In this document: in pieces, positions 22,830 to 57,154 of the stretch
Numbering within the stretch: the stretch's first letter is position 1
Layout: every line of letters starts with the position of its first letter
Assembly (NCBI GenBank): GCA_002269645.1
Contig: NIVC01002033.1
Coordinates: forward strand, 146,742-210,741
Direction of reading: 5' to 3'
From: Macrostomum lignano
Taxonomy: Eukaryota
DNA: 64,000 nt
The notes under the pieces: model-generated
What the model was told of the DNA's origin: nothing
Seen by the model: only the letters and a program-made list of their open reading frames with translations
Database searches by the model: none
Position numbers and translations under genes: made by a program

Positions 22830-23580
22830 AAGTAGGTGCTTGTCCCTTGAAAGGTCCAGCGTAGTCTGGGTGCACTCGACACCACTTCCCGTTCTCTTCC
22901 GTCCCTGCCAAAGTTCCATTGATTTAACTTCCCATGAGACTGGAATGCTTTGTGATCCTTGTGTCGCGCATCCAGCTTGCATTGTGGAGTTGTCTTATTG
23001 ACTAACAAAGTGTCAATCCCTTTCATTTCTCTTTCGCCGCACGGGACAGCTTCACATGCACTGACCAGACTTCACCTTCTCCCAAGTGATGTCCTTCAAT
23101 TTTTCCTTAAGGAGTTTTCTGACAATCTACTTGATGGCCAAGAAAAATAAAAACTGGTGGCGGAGCCTATCGTTCAGGCCTGTCAATTCGAAGCTCTCGA
23201 CCGCCTGATGAAGCCTTCTGGAGTAAGCAGCAGGTGTGTCTTCGCTATCCTCTTGCTTCCGACAGTGAAATACGTACCGATAGACCAGCCCTGACTTTGA
23301 TTCTTTAGAAGTTCGTTCAGCTCGTCGAAAGTCTTGTCTTGTGGTTTGTGGGGAGTAAGGCCAGCAGGTTAAATGCTTTTTTACCGAGCTGATCGATGAA
23401 TGCGTGTCTTCAGGACGTCCTCCTCCCACTTATTAACTTTAGCAATTGTCTCCAATGGTTGAAGGCATCGGCTCACTTCAGCCGAGACGTCTATCTCCAG
23501 GGTTTGATCGCAATCGTCGAAGTGTTGGTTTTGCAGTGAACGGAAGGTGACAAGCAGCTTCATTGGCGATGTGGCAACCA
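22830..23580 (-). mobile_element. Probable decayed LTR-retrotransposon gag remnant
   Basis: Minus-strand frames include HCRKQEDSEDTPAAYSRRLHQAVESFELTGLNDRLRHQF, which resembles a retrotransposon gag capsid region. Broken by stops. Confidence 0.45.
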
Positions 23581-23901
23581 GCTAAAAAATAAAGGCTCCA
23601 GTTGAGCAGTTCATCACTGTTACGCTTGTTCTATTTTGAGCCCTGTGGCTCACACGTTTTTGGCAATCGAAGACTAACTAGGTCGGGAGAATAACTTAAA
23701 CAGCTTTCCTGTAAGCATACGAGCTAGATCTTACGAGCGTATCGGGCATCTATCAGGGATTATATTGGCTAGATCTGAGATCAAAGCCGCTTCATCGAAG
23801 ATTGAGGCTGACTGAATCTGACAGCTCGCAGCTGACCGAACTGTGGCTTTTCGGGTAATTCTCGCCAATGGCCCAAAACGATGAGAACTTCAGAGTCGAT
23901 A

Positions 23902-24625
23902 AAGTGTCAATCAAAGTCATAAAAAGGTCATAAGAGTCAAATAGACTATTCAGCTGCATACACTTGCACTGACAAAACTCGGTGAGACACACTTTTGATT
24001 GCTTAGCTGTCATGAAGCAAACAATGCTGCCTAATCTTCACAGACACGCAAGCCATGCAGTCTCTGCTCCGCCCTTCTCATATGAAGGCTTTCAACTCAA
24101 CCAACGTCGCCGCTCCGACCGGAAACACGTGCCAATCCGATGTGCATAAATTCGCATCTGACGACTGCTCAAGATAACAAGCTCAGACTCGACTCAGCTC
24201 AAACAATCGAATCGATCCTACTCAAGCAATCATGAAGTGGCAACTCGCTCTCGGACTTTTGCTGTGCGCAGCCCTGGCTGTCGCCGTGCCCACCCAGGAG
24301 GAGAAGGCTGAGGCCATGGCCGTTCTGGAGGCTCTGTCCAACGTGGACGAGTCCAGCATGTCGGAGGAGGCCGTCGACAACGCCAAGAAGTTTGTCAGGG
24401 TCAGGGTTAGGCTTGGTTAAATGCTACCGCAGCCACACCTGACATCCAGCTCACTTCATCGGAGGTTGAGACTCTGGGACTGACGAATTCAACTCTGAAC
24501 TCTGACTCCTGACGGCATAATTATTGACTGATCAGTTTAACAAAATATAACAACATGAACTCTGTTTCTCAGCAGAACTATAAGCTTTGTCTGATTTACC
24601 AGTTTCCCAAGTCGCCAACAGTACA
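23902..24625 (+). repeat. Segmental duplicate copy B (peptide-precursor locus)
   Basis: Homologous to 21156-21910. Confidence 0.92.
24232..24420 (+). CDS. Secreted prepropeptide (FVRVRVRL-amide precursor), copy B
   Basis: Protein identical to copy A; one synonymous difference (TTC/TTT Phe). Confidence 0.88.
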   Translation: MKWQLALGLLLCAALAVAVPTQEEKAEAMAVLEALSNVDESSMSEEAVDNAKKFVRVRVRLG

Positions 24626-24739
24626 GTAGGCGTAAGTACCTAGGGCTTATCTGAGCAGATATTCATTGATTGTAACTTATTTAAGCCTAAATTCTGATGC
24701 TGACTCGATGACATATATAGACGCTAGAGAGCTTCGAAG

Positions 24740-24965
24740 TTCTAAGGAAAACATCGACGGCTGAATTTTTGAAGTATGTTTCGAAGAAGTAAGAAGTTAT
24801 TAAGTGATTTATCACAGGTATAACGCCCATTCTGCCTCTCCGGTGTTGAGAATGTGGAGCACTTCATCCGTGAATGCCCCGGCCCGCCTTTACTCAGGAC
24901 AGGCGCACCTTCCTCGTGGCCCAAGACCGGACCTTTCTGATGTTTTCAGGCCAGAGTATTTCTGC
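24740..24965 (+). mobile_element. 3' end of a non-LTR retrotransposon (C-terminal zinc-finger motif) abutting a GACA tail
   Basis: Plus frame PFCLSGVENVEHFIRECP matches the CxxC..EtxxHxxxxC motif at LINE ORF2 ends. Confidence 0.6.
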
Positions 24966-25349
<384 letters not shown>

Positions 25350-27321
25350 AAGGACCACTTCGTTATAGAAGGATGTTTACACTCTCGATTCGTGTAAAAA
25401 TAGTTGAAGGGGAATGAAGGCTGATTTTCGTTGTCGTATACTTTGCTGGGCCAAGCCGGTTTTGGAAATAGCGTCCAATTTTTTTGACCAATTACCCGGG
25501 CCGACTAGCACAATAATTCTAGTCTAATTTCGATCGCGTACTTTGAGAATAATTAAAATAGCAAATTAAAGAGTAAATTAAAATAGCAAATAACAAATAG
25601 AAATACAGTGTAAAAACATGCATGAAATAGCAACAAGTCTCGGTTCTCGACAGAGAATTTCTATGAAAAAATTCGACATTCGACACCGCGTACAATATAT
25701 TCTTATAAAACATCTACATAGTAGAGTACAGCTGTATAATTCCATGTATATTTCAATATCTTATAAGTAATTAAATAGACAAAGATAAGATTAAATCGAA
25801 ATTTCGATCTAAAAATCGAGAGCTATTTTGCGGAGATTTTAAAGCTTCTGGGGTTTAACTAATATGTACAGTCGTGTGGTATCATCTAAGGAATGAGGGT
25901 TAGTTTAATAAAATTGATAAAAGTGCAAGTTGAAAAAAGTGGTTAATTAGCTTTTATTATTAACTAGACATATTTTTTTAAATAAGCATTTGTGTGATTT
26001 TGTTTTAGTGTTATACCTCTAGCTGTTACTGTCAACAATTATTTTAACACGAAACATAAAAAATTTTTTTCAAAACGTTCCTCAGCCTAGACTAATCTAA
26101 ATCTTTCAAATTAACAAGCCATCTCACAGAGATTTTGATTGAAGGCGATGCAGCCCAGTACAAATTTCATTGAAATTCTAAGCAATCATAGAACATTTAC
26201 CGAAGACAAAATAATCCATAATCTTTTCTAAATAAGTTAAAACTAACCATGATCACGCGATCATGATCATGAATCCATGGTCATGATTTTTACTTAAACA
26301 TGATTGTAATTTAACGCTTCACGGTCAGGGATTGTATTAGTGACTTTTAATTGTGATTAGAAATGTTATGTTTTTTTTAATCTTAAATATACGTTTCTAA
26401 GCTGCATATTAAGGTGCATATTAATCTCAAAGTACATAGGCGTTGTTTTTTTCGATACCGTATTTTTCATTTTAAGCCTGCTGTGAGTAATTTTCGAGTG
26501 TACACAATTACACAAAGAATGTAAAATGGTCTGTCAGTATCTATCTATCTTATTAACTAAAGTGCCAGACACTGTCAGCTATATAGTATATTCAAAAAGT
26601 TTACATTGTGTAAGATGCACTTTAAATTAAATAAGTATATAATTGACGTCTGAAAGAGTATGAATGAATAAACTTGAAATATGCTTATATGAATAATTTA
26701 TCTTGAGAAAAAGAAAATTAAATGTATCTAAAAGTAACCTATAAGTAAAGCATAGACTTTTCTATAGCCAAACTAATAAATATATGCGTTTAAAGATTCG
26801 TTTAAGCCAAAATGTTTCTTGCAAGACTTCAAATAAAACATAAAAGAACATAAAAGATGCAGAAGAAGCTAACTTTGAAAAAAAGAAGAAACCCATATAC
26901 TAAAAATGAAAATATCTTTGCTATAACTGTTTTATCAGATAGACTTTCTTTTTTGTAATTTTAATATATGTCCACTTTTATAAAGAATTCTGATCAGATA
27001 GAGTTATATTTCTTCTCCACCATTCTTACCAGAAAAAAACCAACACTAAAAAAGTTTTTGTACTTTAAACAATCATTTAAACTATATTATACTCCCTAAA
27101 ATTATAGCACAGATGAGTTAAATTGTATTTGATTTTTTAAGAATAAATGTATCAAAATATTTTATATCTTTCTATTTAATAACTATTATATTATGCTATA
27201 CAACAATTTACCTTTATCTTAAACTATTAATTACGATTCAATTTATTGCATGCTTAGAATCTAACTCACAATCACAATCTAAAAGCAATCGCTTTGTAAG
27301 CAGGGCAGACACAAGTCGGCC

Positions 27322-45405
<18,084 letters not shown>

Positions 45406-47041
45406 TCTTGCTTGGAAGTTGCTTGTTCAATGATTAATTCTTTATTTTAATTACCATGTCTATAAATCGACAACATTAACCACAAATATGTTACAATTAT
45501 CTGTAGAGATTCTGCAATCCTTTCAAGCATTGGTTCGTGAAAGACAAGAGTATATTTGGTTTGCCAAAATACCTCTTGTAGAGTAAGTAGAACAGAAACG
45601 GTGGGAAACTTACGAATATAATTTTCACTTTAATAAGCATATTAAGTTTTTAATGAAGGTTTGATGTATTTAACATAAAAATATCAATACGCAAGCAAAG
45701 TTAATAGCTAATATAACCCGAGAAGTTTTATTTTTTTAAATCGCAAATTGATCAAAGCAGTAAAACAACGTTTCTTAACGTGTCTTGCTAAAATACAGAA
45801 CAAATTACTCAAACAAAAAATTTAGTAATTAACCTCGTCTCCGAAACAAATTTAAATATACGATAGCTAGCTGTTTAGAAAATATATCGGAAAAACTAAA
45901 CATTTCATACGCAAGCACCGCGTCACAGGTTCTTGCGCCGATTATGATTGTAATTTGATACAGGAGTTGAAGAGTCATTTTTATAATATGTTAAATAACA
46001 ACACATTTTTGGGGTTTCAAAATACGCTGTGACATCTTATATATGCTGCCTAATATACGGTGTATATTGATTTTTTTTATTTTGCTTCAATCTAGTGAGT
46101 AGCTTTATACACTCTCGTAATAATTGACAACGGTTTCACAAGCTCAAAAATCTTTGTTTTAATTTTGTCTATATCGTTTTTATAAGCTTCGTCTTTGATT
46201 TAAATTTGCAAAGAAAATTGGATCGCGCTTTATGGCTCAATTTGGCTTCAAATGCACGCAGATATTATTCCTTCGTCTGTATCCATTTCTGTTAATTTGC
46301 TTTGCTTGCAAGTCTGCTTTATAGCTTCGATGGCTCCTTCAGCTGTTTATTTTTACGTGTTCCACGTTTTTAACCAATGAATGAACTAATAAAAGATTAA
46401 TAAACACATTAGACAAGTGGTTCGTTGACTACTTTGATTAAAACGTGAAAACTAGCTAATGTGTATTTGGTTGGATTTTTCAGTTTTTCGTGTGTAGGTG
46501 GTTTTCTTCAAAAATGCAGCACTGGGGAACCTAAAAAGGATATATAATTTTTTGCAGTACCTATCTGACAGATCCTCTTATACGTTACAGGCATATCTAC
46601 AGAATGTCTCAGCAATCTAGATTTAGCTATGGCCATAACTGGGCAACTTGATCAAATACATGAGAGGGAGATGATGCCAGACCTCAAATACATGGGAGGG
46701 AGGCAGATAACAGACCCATTGAATCTACACTCGAACATGTACATCAGAAAGTTAAGCCTGCTCCCCATTTGGGCCATAGACTATGGGATTAATATATCGA
46801 TGCCGCGTGATAAAATGTACACCACCGTTTAAAGTAAAAGCTGTGAAGCTTTAGAAGTGTTGATTAAGGAGTCCTTATTCTGTTTCTTTCTTCACGAGAG
46901 CCACTTTTAATGTCTATGGCCGAATTAAGCTTCAAATTAACTCACGTCGTAGTTAAACCATAAATGATTAGATTTCAGCGCCTATTTTTGATTAGGATTT
47001 GTTGCTTGAAAGACAAACGCGGATCTACATATCACTTCGAA

Positions 47042-50000
47042 ATGAAGCCGTCATTGCTGACTACAGTTGCTAGCATATTAACAACCATAGTGCTAATGCT
47101 GATGCTGTCTAGGCCAGTAGAAGCTGCTTACAAAGAGGTCACTTTTGGCAAGTTCATGTTGTACGAGCAGCTGCGCATCTACCGGACCAAGTACGGAGTC
47201 TCCGGGTATTATGACTCTACGAAAGACACTTTAGTTCTCAACAAGAGCCAAGAAAGCGATCTGCCGGCAGTGCCCAGTATTGACCTGGTGCAGGACTCAA
47301 ATAGACTCTCGTCGAAGTTGGCTGTGAGCAACATCAATTTGCCATGGGTGGCCTATCAAATATTCAATGGACTCTGCCAAGGCGACAATGGCACCTTTGC
47401 CTGGGGTGTGCGGAGCGGTCACGTGAGATCTATCTTTGTGCTATAGGAGTTGCAGAGTCTTTTTCCGGGTCAGTTGGTCCTAGAGAGTTTACATTCTCCC
47501 CCCCCCCCTGTTTAATAATTCTCCCCACCAAAAACCCAAATTCCAATTCCCGGCCTGTATCCGTTCTTGGTTCTAAGCTACATGTACATGGAGATAGATT
47601 AAAGCTACAGAAAAATATTTCCCAAACTTAAAATCAACACCATCAAAGATCCCAACAACCACAGATTTATAATTCTACCAAGACGTCACTCTTTCACTGG
47701 ACTAATCTTCAAGAAGTCCGGGTTTTTTAAGTGTCGCTTTATCTGTAGACATAGTATGAACTGAATTGTCAATTAAAAAACTCTTCGCCCGCAGAGCTCG
47801 GTGCCTCGTTACATTAAAAACGGCTGGACAGTGAAGAACGTGCCGCAAGGCTACTTGGTGCCAATGTGCGTGTGCAACGGGCGGCCAGCGGTGCACCGGG
47901 TTATAACGCGACTGGCCAACTTTGAGCCATTCGTTCCATTGCTGGACAAAGGATTTAGTCACCTATCAACGATAGTGATGGAGTCCTGCCGGGAGCATAG
48001 CAGAATAGAAGTCTATTGGCCGCCTGGTTGCATCGATTGCAAATTAGAGACGACAAGAACGTGCACCGTTGTATCTAAGAATAACGAATCGGCCAATGTG
48101 ATGTGCAACTGCTATCACGGCTTCGATCCGGTGTCCAAGTGTTTCAATATTGCCGACAGGTGCACGGAACGAGTGACGCCGCACAGTGCAGAGACTGGGC
48201 GCGATCTTTGTCAGGTAATTGGCTAAATTAGCCAGAGATCTAGGAAAAGATCAAAATGAAGTTACGGTTGCGTTCGGACACAACACTCGCTTTCTGAGGA
48301 AGTTTTTTTGAAGGTCCCATATCACTAAACCATGCATTAGATAGAGAGATAGAAAATCTACATTTTTAGGCACTGAATGGACGAATTTTTACCTCATGGA
48401 TCAAGCTCTTAACAAACGCATACCAATTTTATATGCATTTGAAAGCCCAAAATGTGAGATTATTGACAATTGAGTGCCAAGTTTCTATCTCGTTTCAAGT
48501 GCCCGTTTAAATGAAATTTAGGCCTTCTAATGAATTGTCCATGGTACTCAAGTGTTACATCCGAATACAAGCGTAACTTCTAGTGTTCCGAGGATGTGCT
48601 TTTTAGGTCTTAGGATCTTTTATTTTTTTATTAGAGGCAGGGGGGTTGTGTGCACCCTGGCGCACTTTAAGCGACATAGGCACACAACCGGCGAGAGGCA
48701 TTACTGCCCATTCCGCCGACTCCCCTGAGCAGGCACACAAGCGCGCGGATACGTACGCAGGCGCACACTCACACAGGAGTGTACAGCGGCCCTAACTTTA
48801 TTTTATCGTTAGGCATGTACACTTCACTGCGCCTTGGGGGGTTGGCTCTCAAGGCCGTTAATTGCACGAGCAGAGCCAAGCCGAGATTCAAATTCAGCCC
48901 CAAATTAATGTGACTGCACTTGGAATCAAGCCTGGGTCGCTGGCACACCAGAGCAGCTGCGCTACCGCTGGGCTACGGCCCCCCGTCTTAGGATCTTAGG
49001 ATAAGTACTTAACAGAAGCATGGCTAAATAAAGCTAAAAAAACTAAGCCTAACGTAGCCTAGGTAGTTTGCCGTACAAGCTCTTCAGAACGACTTGCATG
49101 TTTCATTAGGGTAGAGTGCATCCGTGAATAGGTCAGACTTTTCCTGCATTTTTACGTGGTTATGTCTGTTGTTGTTGCATTTTTTTCAATAAACGCTTTG
49201 TAAATAATGTATCAGATAGTTAGGCTACTAAGTCTCCTAATCTCAACTCAACAGGCCGACATTGGCAACAAGTGCACGACGGACGGCGACACCTACATGT
49301 GCACGTGCTTCATGCCCTACTTCGAAAACAAAACCGTGTCCAACTTCCCCAATTGTCGAGGCAGTCGCGGCAAAGGCAGAGGCGCCGCGGCAAAACTCGC
49401 GGCAAGAAAATGCCAGAGCAAAGTCTGCGGCAACGGCGTCTGCGTTGGCCGCAAGCGCGACGTCGAGTGCCAATGCGACGAAGGCTACGCCGGGCACGAC
49501 TGCCGCGAGATATTTTCAACGCTGTCTGACTGGTCCGAGTGGAGCGACTGCTTCCCGGCCTGCGGCAACATCGGCGGCCAGTTTCGCCAGCGACCTTGCC
49601 AGTCTGCCGACTCAGACGGCCGATTCTGCGAAGGATTCCGACGCCAGCACCGTCGCTGCCAACCAGCCCGGTGCTTCGAGAACGAATCGTTTCCAATTTT
49701 TGTGCGCAGCTTGCACGACCCGTTGCCGGCTAGTTTATACATTCGATCCGCTGCAGTCTTTATCGGAACATTCCTATTTGTCTACTGTCTCGGTTTGCTA
49801 ATCGCGCTGGGCTTCAACTTTCAAGACTGGAAGCTCGAGTCGGTCAACCAGGCCGGTAAGCTTGCCTACGCAGTCGATCAGGTCTGCGACGAGTTGATGA
49901 TCCGGCACGCCGAGCTGGAGGCTCATCGTCGGCAGGACAGGATTGAGAAACTCAAGCGTGGACGGAAAACGGGGGGCAACGACGCTTCTTACGCCGACGA

Positions 50001-50427
50001 TGCCGACAACGACGAAGAAGAAAGTGATGATGAGGATGATCTTCAAGGCGAAATTTTAGGGGAGAGCGAAGACTTTTTTCGTATGGGCGTCTTTGTTCCT
50101 CACCCAGTGGTCGATCACCTGACTGGCGTGAGCTCTCTACAGCGGCGCAGACTTAGGCAGGCGAAACTGTCAAAGACAGAGAAGAAAAAACCAACTGAGC
50201 AGGATGGCAAGAAGAGCCTGAGCGAGCCGCCACAGGTGGGCAAGATCGACTTTGACAGGCTGTTCGTCCCGCTGGCAAAGAAAACTAACGACGAGGAAGA
50301 TCTCATTGAGGAGCCGCCAGAGGGCGAAGACGATAACGAGGGCGAAGACGATAACGAGGGCGAAGACGATAACGAGGGCGAAGACGATTACGAAGAAGAA
50401 GGCGAGGGCGAGGGCGACGCTGTTTAG
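47042..50427 (+). CDS. Type-I membrane protein: signal peptide, Cys-rich/EGF-like repeats, TSP1 repeat, TM helix, acidic cytoplasmic tail (~657 aa)
   Basis: Exons 47042-47422, 47795-48214 and 49255-50427 (all phase 0). EGF CGNGVCVG..CQCDEGYAGHDC; TSP1 LSDWSEWSDCFPACG..RQRPC; TM AAVFIGTFLFVYCLGLLIALGF; tail (EGEDDN)x4. Confidence 0.85.
48620..48984 (-). mobile_element. Full-length tRNA-derived SINE
   Basis: Minus-strand head GGGGCCGTAGCCCAGCGGTAGCG (A box) and GGCTTGATTCC (degenerate B box), A-rich tail, 13-bp TSD GTCTTAGGATCTT (48607-48619, 48985-48997). Confidence 0.9.
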
Positions 50428-51317
50428 GGCAAGCGTTTGTATGGCAAAAATTGATATCATTAAACTAATTGTCAAACAAATCTTTTCTTTGTTATTTGTA
50501 GTTGAAGTTGGTGTTGAATTAGTGTTAAAGTAAAATGGTTCAGAGTCACTGCACCGTTGTACGAAATTGTTTGGCTTCAAGCTTATCCCATTTCCTATCC
50601 ATTATGCAGTTCCAACCAGCATGTTCAGAAATCAGGAACTGTCTTACAACTATGGGCATGTGAGAAGCAGCTGCTGTTTTGCTTAACAGAATGCTTGACC
50701 CAAATAATTCGCATTCACTTTATGGTCAGGTCACGTGAAGGCCATTCTCTACAGCAGAAATCAACGGAGATCTCCCGCTAACTTTATGGGATGAGCTCCA
50801 GCTCGATATATGCATATAAATACGAGTACGAGTACTTCCATTGGGGGAAGAAGGACGATGAGCGCCCCTAGAACGGAGGCTGCACAAAAGGAAAAAGGGG
50901 AAGAGGGGAACGACTTTGAGTAGCCAGGCAATGTGTACTTCTGTACTATCCCTCTCTAAATATATCCCTTCCTTGTCTCTCTCTCTCCTCTTGGAGCAAG
51001 AATGTACTCTGAAGAAGTGAATAGACTACAAGGAAAGCAAATTTAAATATGAACCCTGCCCATGTTCTGGAGCACTGACTTTCTCTCTCCCGTTGGAATA
51101 AAATTTGCATGCCAGCAGGCAAAAGAACTGCGAGTAACTTCCTCTTACTCTTATAATTTCACTCCAAATTCGACAAGCGCCTTAGAAGAACTACAATGCG
51201 CAGTCTTTCTTCGGCTACGGTTTGTTAAACGTAGTTTCTAAACAACTCTCGCTTACCTGTGAGTTGCTCGGAACCCGGCCATCTATAGGGCCTTGATTTA
51301 TAACTGTATTTTAAATC

Positions 51318-55208
<3,891 letters not shown>

Positions 55209-57154
55209 CTGGCTGTTACGAAGTGCACAACTTGATGTTAAAGAATTCGAATTGAAACTTCAAGTACATGTACGCTCAAAGAGCTGCAGCTAAAACAACA
55301 TTTTTTCAACTGTTTTGTTTTAAATACAACACATTGAAAAGATCCAAAAGACATGCGCCTTGATGGTTTGATGCACAGTTTTCTTTTAAGTAAATTTGAT
55401 TTAATTCAATATTAACTAAAGGAATAAAACTACAATACTTAAAGCTCCGTATCTACTCGAATTTACATGCTTAGAGTTGTCCCATCGGTGTACACCTCAT
55501 AGCTATGATATTTTTCAACGTTCATTCAATTTTTACGAGTTCTGGTACTTTTCGTGCTTCTGGTTAATATGCTACATCATAGCTAACTCTAAAAAATGCT
55601 TATAGTAGAGAATTTTACCATTTTTTATTGTTACAAATGTCCGTGCGTTTCTTTTTGTCTACTCATAGTAGCAGCAATAAAATATTTTTCATAAAGTAAT
55701 TTTCACTGTACTGTTGCTGAACGTAACGATTATTAAAAAATAATTCTTCTTGTTTTAGTGATATAAAATATTCATATTCTGTATTGTTGCATTAGGAGGG
55801 CACAATTTACAATAAAATTGTAATACTGTAGATTTCTCAACTCGTAGATTTTCGTCTTTAAAAATCCCATTTGGAGTGGACCTCCTGCTGCCATTGGAAA
55901 CCCTTCAGGCATACGAGTATCAAACTACCAGGGAGCCAAGGAGCAATCGTACTCAATATGGATTAATATTTACACGACGTCCATTCTTCTCCCGTGTGGT
56001 GTATCTACGCTCGTAATGCCACAAAATAAAGTACAATCTATACATGGCAATTTCTCAGCTTGCAGCCATGCGTAAGCCTGTAAATTCAAGCGGTAGTTTT
56101 AATCTCAATTACACCGTCAGCTGTGAATTCGATTTTTTCCCAAAGAAGTAAGCTGCGAGACCTGAGGCTCAAGGGTTAGGCGCATACACACGTAAGCTGC
56201 ACGCTTATATTATTCTCTCAAACAGTGTGCTAGTGCACAGTTGAGCACAAAAGACGATGAAGTTACAAGCGAGTTGCTATTGGTCAACTGCTTCAGCATG
56301 ATATATAGTTGTCAGGCCGGGGGTTGAAGCCTGCTGACTTAGTCTGCATTCTACCTAGCTAGCATATTTCGTCTCGCACACGTATAGCATATGAATGCTT
56401 TACTCGCACTGCAAATATCGACATCGAACTAAGACAGTTTTCTAAAACAGCACGTTCTCTCTTGTTTTACACGCAATAACTCCTTGAGTAAGCATTTCTT
56501 GTTCATTTTTTGAGTCAATAGTGTTGAAACTACTCCGTGAAATGTGCATCAAACTTTAGATCAGATTAATGTTTTTCGTTTAGTAGAGATAGCTAGCTAA
56601 CAGTTGTTATTTTAGTCGTTCAGTCTTCCAAACCGAATGGATGGAATTAGCGTCTCCCAAAAAAGCCGTGGATAGCACAATCTATGGCAACTACTCTTAG
56701 ATATCTTGAGGCCATCTGTATAGTAGACAGACAGTTTTCGGTTTCGATATTTGCCCTTTTAATGCGCAGAGGGATGGAGGCAAGGGAGGAGAGAGCAGAG
56801 GGCATACCAATGCACGCGATGCTTAAAATAGCTAGTACGAAAGGCCTTCATCAGAAGTCTGTGCACATTGTGCAGCGTAATTGTACATTGGGGACCAAAG
56901 TGGGAAAGAGAAAAGAAGGAACGATTCCAGGCTCCAGCTTGACTGGGGTGGCGGTGAGGCAGGAGAGGATAGATATTAGTCATGCCCAGACGCGAGTTCA
57001 GACCTCTGTGGCAAACGTATTCTTTGACAACAAGCTGGAGAAAACATTCAGACGTTACTATATAGAGTTGTTTTTGTTCCAGCCTAGAGATTCAGTCTGG
57101 TTCTTTTCTAGTTTGATTCTTATTTTGCTCTCCCATCCTCATCCTCAGGAAGCA

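Noticed and set aside
48920-48984. tRNA gene
   Set aside because: The B box is degenerate, no full cloverleaf forms, and it sits within a TSD-flanked SINE.
56684-57150. 5' part of the 218-aa ORF as the N-terminus of the SAMD9-like protein
   Set aside because: The composition looks non-coding, and a polypyrimidine tract plus AG at ~57148 precedes the better ATG at 57155.
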